Below, piece by piece: positions 58,604 to 64,000 of a stretch of 64,000 nucleotides of DNA (positions within the stretch are counted from its first letter, which is position 1; each line of letters opens with the position of its first letter). This stretch comes from Octopus sinensis (lineage: Eukaryota). A program made the translations under genes and the position numbers. Where the stretch lies: contig NC_043001.1 in the NCBI RefSeq assembly GCF_006345805.1, positions 16,244,001-16,308,000 of the forward strand. Reading direction: 5' to 3'. Below the pieces are notes generated by a model, which searched no databases, was not told the origin of the DNA, and saw nothing but the letters and a program-made list of their open reading frames with translations.

Positions 58604-60045
58604 TCAGATAGATAGACAGATAGATAGTCAGACAGAAAGATAGACAGAGAGACAGACAGACAGATAGATAGATAGATACTTATATATATATAGTATGTAT
58701 AGATATATTTGTATATTCATAAATCTATGTGTATGTATATGTGTGTGTGTTTGTATGTGCACGAGTATGTTTTCTGAGTGTGTGTATGTTTGTGTGTATG
58801 TGTCTATCTGTGCGTTCATGTTTTTTCCTTGTTTAATTTTCACCTTGTTTTTTTGTTTTTTTTTCCTTTATTTCTTTGAGTTGCTCTTTGTGTCTTTCAT
58901 TTCCCTCTTCATCCATTTCCTGTGACAATTACACCACCTACTCTACTCTACTCTACTCTACACTCACAGACAAATAACAAAAGTGATGGACTGACAGACA
59001 GACCGCAAGATGTGATTGCCTTTTGTCCTTATTTGTCCGTTACAGTCATGTTGCCTTTTTAAAACCCTGTTGCTTCGGTTTCTCGGATAATAATTAGTAG
59101 AGTTCGTTTAGTTTCTGCTCTCACCTACTAATCACTTGTTTGTTCTTTGGTAACCAGTTATCAAGCATACAATGACAGTGTCCGATAGCACTGGTCATTA
59201 CAAATGTACCGATGACCGACCGGAGCTACTTCCTTCACACTGAGCTAAATAATTTGTGCAATTTTCTAGGGTATTATATTTTCTGGTTCATTTTGGTAGT
59301 ACACTAGGTGTGATGGTTGTGAAAGGAAAGAGGGGGGTTTGGCGGTGGTAGTCATGGCGATGAAAAAGATGTTGGTAGTGACGTTAATTTGGCAGTGGAC
59401 TTAACCTATTCTCCATAATAAGTGGCTGTGTGGTAAGTAGCTTGCTAACCAACCACATGGTTCCGGGTTCAGTTCCACTGCGTGGCATCTTGGGCAAGTG
59501 TCTTCTGCTATAGCCTCGGACCGACCAAAGCCTTGTGAGTGGATTTGGTAGACGGAAACTGAAAAAAGCCTGTCGTATATATATATATATGCGTGTGTGT
59601 GTTTGTGTGTCTGTGTTTCTCCCCCTAGTGTTGCTTGACAACCGATGCTGGTGTGTTTATGTCCCCGTCACTTAGCGGTTCGGCAAAAGAGACCGACAGA
59701 ATAAGTACTGGGCTTACAAAGAATAAGTACCGGGGTCGAGTTGCTCGATTAAAGGCGGTGCTCCAGCATGGCCGCAGTCAAAATGACTGAAACAAGTAAA
59801 AGAGTAAAAGAGAGTAAAGAGAATAATGTGTATATGCATTTATATCTATGCATACTCTTTTACTTGTTTCAGTCATGTGACTATGGCCATGCTGGAGCAC
59901 CGCCTTTAGTCGAGCAAATAGACCCCACGACTTATTCTTTGTAAGCCCAGTACTTATTCTATCGGTCTCTTTTGCCGAACCGCTAAGTAACGGGGACGTA
60001 AACACACCACCGTCGGTTGTTAAACGATGTTGGGGGGGGGGACAA

Positions 60046-60076
<31 letters not shown>

Positions 60077-60555
60077 CATATACATAGATACGACGGGCTT
60101 CTTTCAGTTTCCATCTACCAAATCCACTCACAAGGCTTTGGTCGACCCGAGGCTATAGTAGAAGACACTTGCCATGCAGTGGGACTGAACCCGGAACCAT
60201 GTGGTTCGTAAGCTGGCTACTTACCACACAGCCACTATGCATGTATGTATGTTTTTACACACACACACATATATATAATACAAGTAAGAAAATGGCAACT
60301 AAATTGTTTTTCCATTTTCTTATTTGTATCATAAATTAATGGTAAAATATTTCTTTACGTTCACCTGTTTAATACAATAAGTAAGTTAATTGCATTGCAA
60401 TTAAAAACATTTATGTATTAAGAATTTGGCTACTATACCAACAGTATATTGGATAAATATTATCCCTTAGTGGGTTGGATCCATAACCCCTAACTTACTT
60501 GGTGTTATAAAATTAAATATATATATACATATATATACATGCATATATATATATG

Positions 60556-61097
60556 CATGACCTCAGGGCGTTGGGCCTCACAGAGGCAATGATGAAGGAC
60601 TGAGATCTCTGGAGATATGCTGTGACTGCAAAGACCCGAGCTGCTTCCTGCACCAGTTCTGCATAGCCCCTGCCCATTCAAAGTACCTTGGATTTCAGAA
60701 CATCCCGCTGTGCTTGAGGAGACCTATTGAGTCAAGTACATGAACATCGAAATAAATATCAATGGAAATAGTAGTTGTGATACCTGTGCCGGTGGCACAT
60801 AAAAAGCACCATCCGAATGTGGCTGATGCCAGCGCCGCCTTGACTGGCTTCTGTGCCGGTGGCACGTTAAAAGCACCAACCGATCGTGGCTGCTGCCAGA
60901 CTCCCCTGGCACCTGTGCCGGTGGCACGTAAAAGGCACCCACTACACTCTCGGAGTGGTTGGCGTTGGGAAGGGCATCCAGCTGTAGAAACACTACCAGA
61001 TCAGACTGGAGCCTGGTGCAGCCTCCTGGCTTCCCAGACCCTGGTCGAACTGTCCAACACGTGCTAGCGCGGAAAACGGACGTTAAATGATGATGAT
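60556..61097 (+). mobile_element. RTE-type LINE 3' end: ORF C-terminus plus 3' UTR with gtgccggtggcac units and (GAT)n tail
   Basis: HDLRALGLTEAMMKD*DLWRYAVTAKTR resembles the RTE C-terminal D..LGL....DR..WR motif and runs directly into family-B sequence. Confidence 0.7.
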
Positions 61098-61111
61098 ATA
61101 TATATAAATAT

Positions 61112-61167
<56 letters not shown>

Positions 61168-61170
61168 AAT

Positions 61171-61202
<32 letters not shown>

Positions 61203-61886
61203 AATATATATAATATATATATATATATTATTTATATAAGCTTTATCAGCTCATTCAGGTTACCTCTCTTAGATACAATAGGAGATCACCGAGAGAGGGC
61301 AACACTGAATAAACGGGGTGTTTTCACACCTTTTTTACCATAAGAGAGATTTTTTTTTCTCCACAATAACTGCAGTGTATTTGCCTTTAGCATTTGAAAT
61401 ATGTGACAAACATATCTAAACTAACCTAAATTGTAAATATACGTAAACACTGCTTAGCACAATTACTCCTATACATACATATATATATAGGCGTAGGAGT
61501 GGCTGTGTGGTAAGCAGCTTGCTTACCAACCACAAGGTTCCGGGTTCAGTCCCACTGCGTGGCACCTTGGGCAAGTGTCTTCTACTATAGCATCAGGCCG
61601 ACCAAAGCCTTGTGAGTGGATTTGGTAGATGGAAACTGAAAGAAGCCCATCGTATATATGTATATATATATATCTATGTGTGTGTATACGTTTGTGTGTC
61701 TGTATTTGTCCTCGTAACTTAGCTGTTCGGCAAAAGAGACCGATAGAATAAGTACTAGGCTTACAAAGAATAAGTCCTGGGGTCTATATGCTCCACTAAA
61801 GGTGGTGCTCCAGAATGGCCACAGTCAAATGACTGAAACAAATAAAGGAGTAAAAGAGTGTGTGTGTGTATATATATATATACACA

Positions 61887-63176
61887 CGAGGGACGTTCAA
61901 TAAGTGATGCCCCTGACCCACTTGCAGTTGTTTCATCTAGCTGAAATTTTGCATGTGCAATTATTTATATCTATAGAGTAAGTGGCAAATTACAGCTCTG
62001 AACTAATTGTGGTTTCTGATTTACAGGTGTTTGAACTGAGTCAAGTGTGAAATGGAGCCTGTTGAGTGTCGAGCAGTGATGCGGTTTTTGTATTTGAAAG
62101 GACGCACATCACGGGAGACTTTTGATGAAATGAAAGTAACTTATGGTGACGATGCCCCATCATATGACCTTGTAAAATGCTGGCATCGTGAATTCAAACA
62201 TGATTGGAACTCTGTGAAAACAGCTCCCAGATCTGGTCGCCCCGCTTCTGCCATTGATGAGGCATCTGTCCGTCAAGTTGAGGCTGCCATTTTGGAAGAT
62301 CGACGCATAACTATTCGCCAAATAGCCCATGAGGTCAAGATTAGTACCGGGTCTGTGGAAACTATCATTCATGACCATTTGCATATGCAAAAGGTGTCTG
62401 CCAGATGGATTCCCAGGTTGCTCACACCTTTCCAGAAGCAAGAACGCGTCGAGTGCTCGAGGATGAATTTGGAGATGTGCCAAGAAGATGAGTCAAAATG
62501 TTTCAAAAGACTGATTACACAGGATGAAACCTGGGTCCATCACTATGATCCAGAGACCAAAGCCCAGTCAATGCAGTGGAAGCACCGTGACTCACCTCCT
62601 CCAAAGAAGGCAAGGGTGCAGCCCTCCGCTGGCAAGGTCATGCTCACAGTCTTCTGGGACCAGGACAGAGTAGTGATGACAGATTTCCTGGCAAAGGGTA
62701 CCACAATTACAGGAGCCTATATGCTTCACTTTTGAGGAAATTAAGAGAAGCTATCAAAATCAAGAGGCGGGGCAAGATCAGCAAAGGCATCCTCCTCCTG
62801 CAGGACAACGCTCCGGTCCACAACTCGCGTGTCGCCAGATCAGAAGCACAGGCGTGTGGCTATGAACTCCTCCCCCATCCCCCCTACCCTCCTGACCTTG
62901 CACCCTCTGATTCTCACCTCTTCCCAGCCATGAAGTTGTTTTTGAAAAGAAAGCGTTTCCCAGATGATGCAACCTTGATTTCTGAAGTCACGTCGTGGTT
63001 GGAGGACCAAGCTGGGGTCTTCTACAAAAACAGTCTCCAGAGCTGCATCAAACGATGGGAGAAATGCGTAACTCTGGGTGGTTCCTATGTAGAAAAAGAC
63101 TAATACCTGTGCCGAGTTTCGTTGCTCTACTGCTATGGGAAGTGGTTCAAGGGCATTACTTATTGAACGCCCCTCG
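61887..63176 (+). mobile_element. Mariner (DD34D) transposon, near-intact
   Basis: TIRs; transposase 62052-63103 with WIPRLL, ITQDETW, LQDNAP, PPDLAPSD; a single 1-bp deletion at about 62720. Confidence 0.95.
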
Positions 63177-63351
63177 TGTGTATATATATCAGCAGCAAAA
63201 CTATTCAGAAGCAAATATTTATATAGATATTGATAGTGCTATTATTATTGAAGGCTATACAAATAGGTGATAACAAAGGCAACCTTAATATAGGTCGTTG
63301 CAAGCCTAAAACAGCATTATATAACTATAGAGTTGAAATTATATTTATCAG

Positions 63352-63542
63352 AAGGACACATTAGAGTGTCTACCTGCTAGAAATGAGAGTTAAAATCCTC
63401 ATTTGGACTACCAAAGAATTTGTGGAAGATTTTTTTTTTTTTGATCCACTGTTGATTCTGTTATTTCAATGTTAATGTTTTCATGGTCCAAATGAGGAGT
63501 TTAACTCTCATTTCTAGCAGGTAGACACTTTAATGTCTCCTT
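63352..63542. mobile_element. Small hairpin MITE-like element, 57-bp inverted arms
   Basis: 63352-63408 and 63486-63542 are reverse complements with 3 mismatches. Confidence 0.75.
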
Positions 63543-63550
63543 ATGATTAA

Positions 63551-63635
<85 letters not shown>

Positions 63636-64000
63636 TTTTACTTGTTTCAGTCATTTGACTGCGGCCATGCTGGAGCACCGCCTTTAGTCGAGCAAATCGA
63701 CCCCGGGACTTATTCTTTGTAAGCCCAGTACTTATTCTATCGGTCTCTTTTGCCGAACCGCTAAGTGAAAGGGACGTAAACACACCAGCATCGGTTGTCA
63801 AACAATGCTAGGGGGACAAACACAGACACACAAACATATACATACACACTTATATATATATACATATATACGACGGCCTTTTTTCAGTTTCCGTCTACCA
63901 AATCCACTCACAAGGCATTGGTCGGCCCGGGGCTATAGTAGAAGACACTTGCCCAAGATGCCATGCAGTGGGACTGAACCCGGAACCATGTGGTTGGTTA

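Noticed and set aside
61255-61312. Possible further upstream exon ending at a GTAACC donor
   Set aside because: No frame resembles the expected GH35 N-terminal GSIHYFR/NT..T exon, which probably lies beyond 64000.

Overview
AT-rich, repeat-dense animal DNA. The SINE and microsatellite repertoire resembles Octopus or another coleoid cephalopod; this is recalled, not searched. One protein-coding gene spans the window on the minus strand: a GH35 beta-galactosidase (GLB1-like 2/3 type). I traced 15 GT-AG exons with matching phases (1,477 bp, about 492 codons) from 55341 down to 227. Both catalytic Glu motifs ([20 protein letters not shown]) are intact, and the first and last exons lie outside the window. 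Everything else is intronic: tRNA-derived SINEs, RTE, CR1 and Tx1-like LINE 3' ends, two mariners, a hAT fossil, non-autonomous Helitrons, MITEs and microsatellites. Three things stand out. (1) An approximately 11.8-kb array of about 178 copies of a 66-bp unit expanded from a retroelement 3' repeat. It is bracketed by a Pol III A/B-box head and the first T4 run. (2) Several hammerhead-ribozyme motifs of Penelope/retrozyme type, with covarying stems and head-to-head inverted arrangements. (3) A full-length 5S rRNA copy fused to an RTE-type 3' tail and inserted as one unit into a tRNA SINE. All coordinates were read by hand. Exon and ribozyme positions are base-level; repeat boundaries are approximate.
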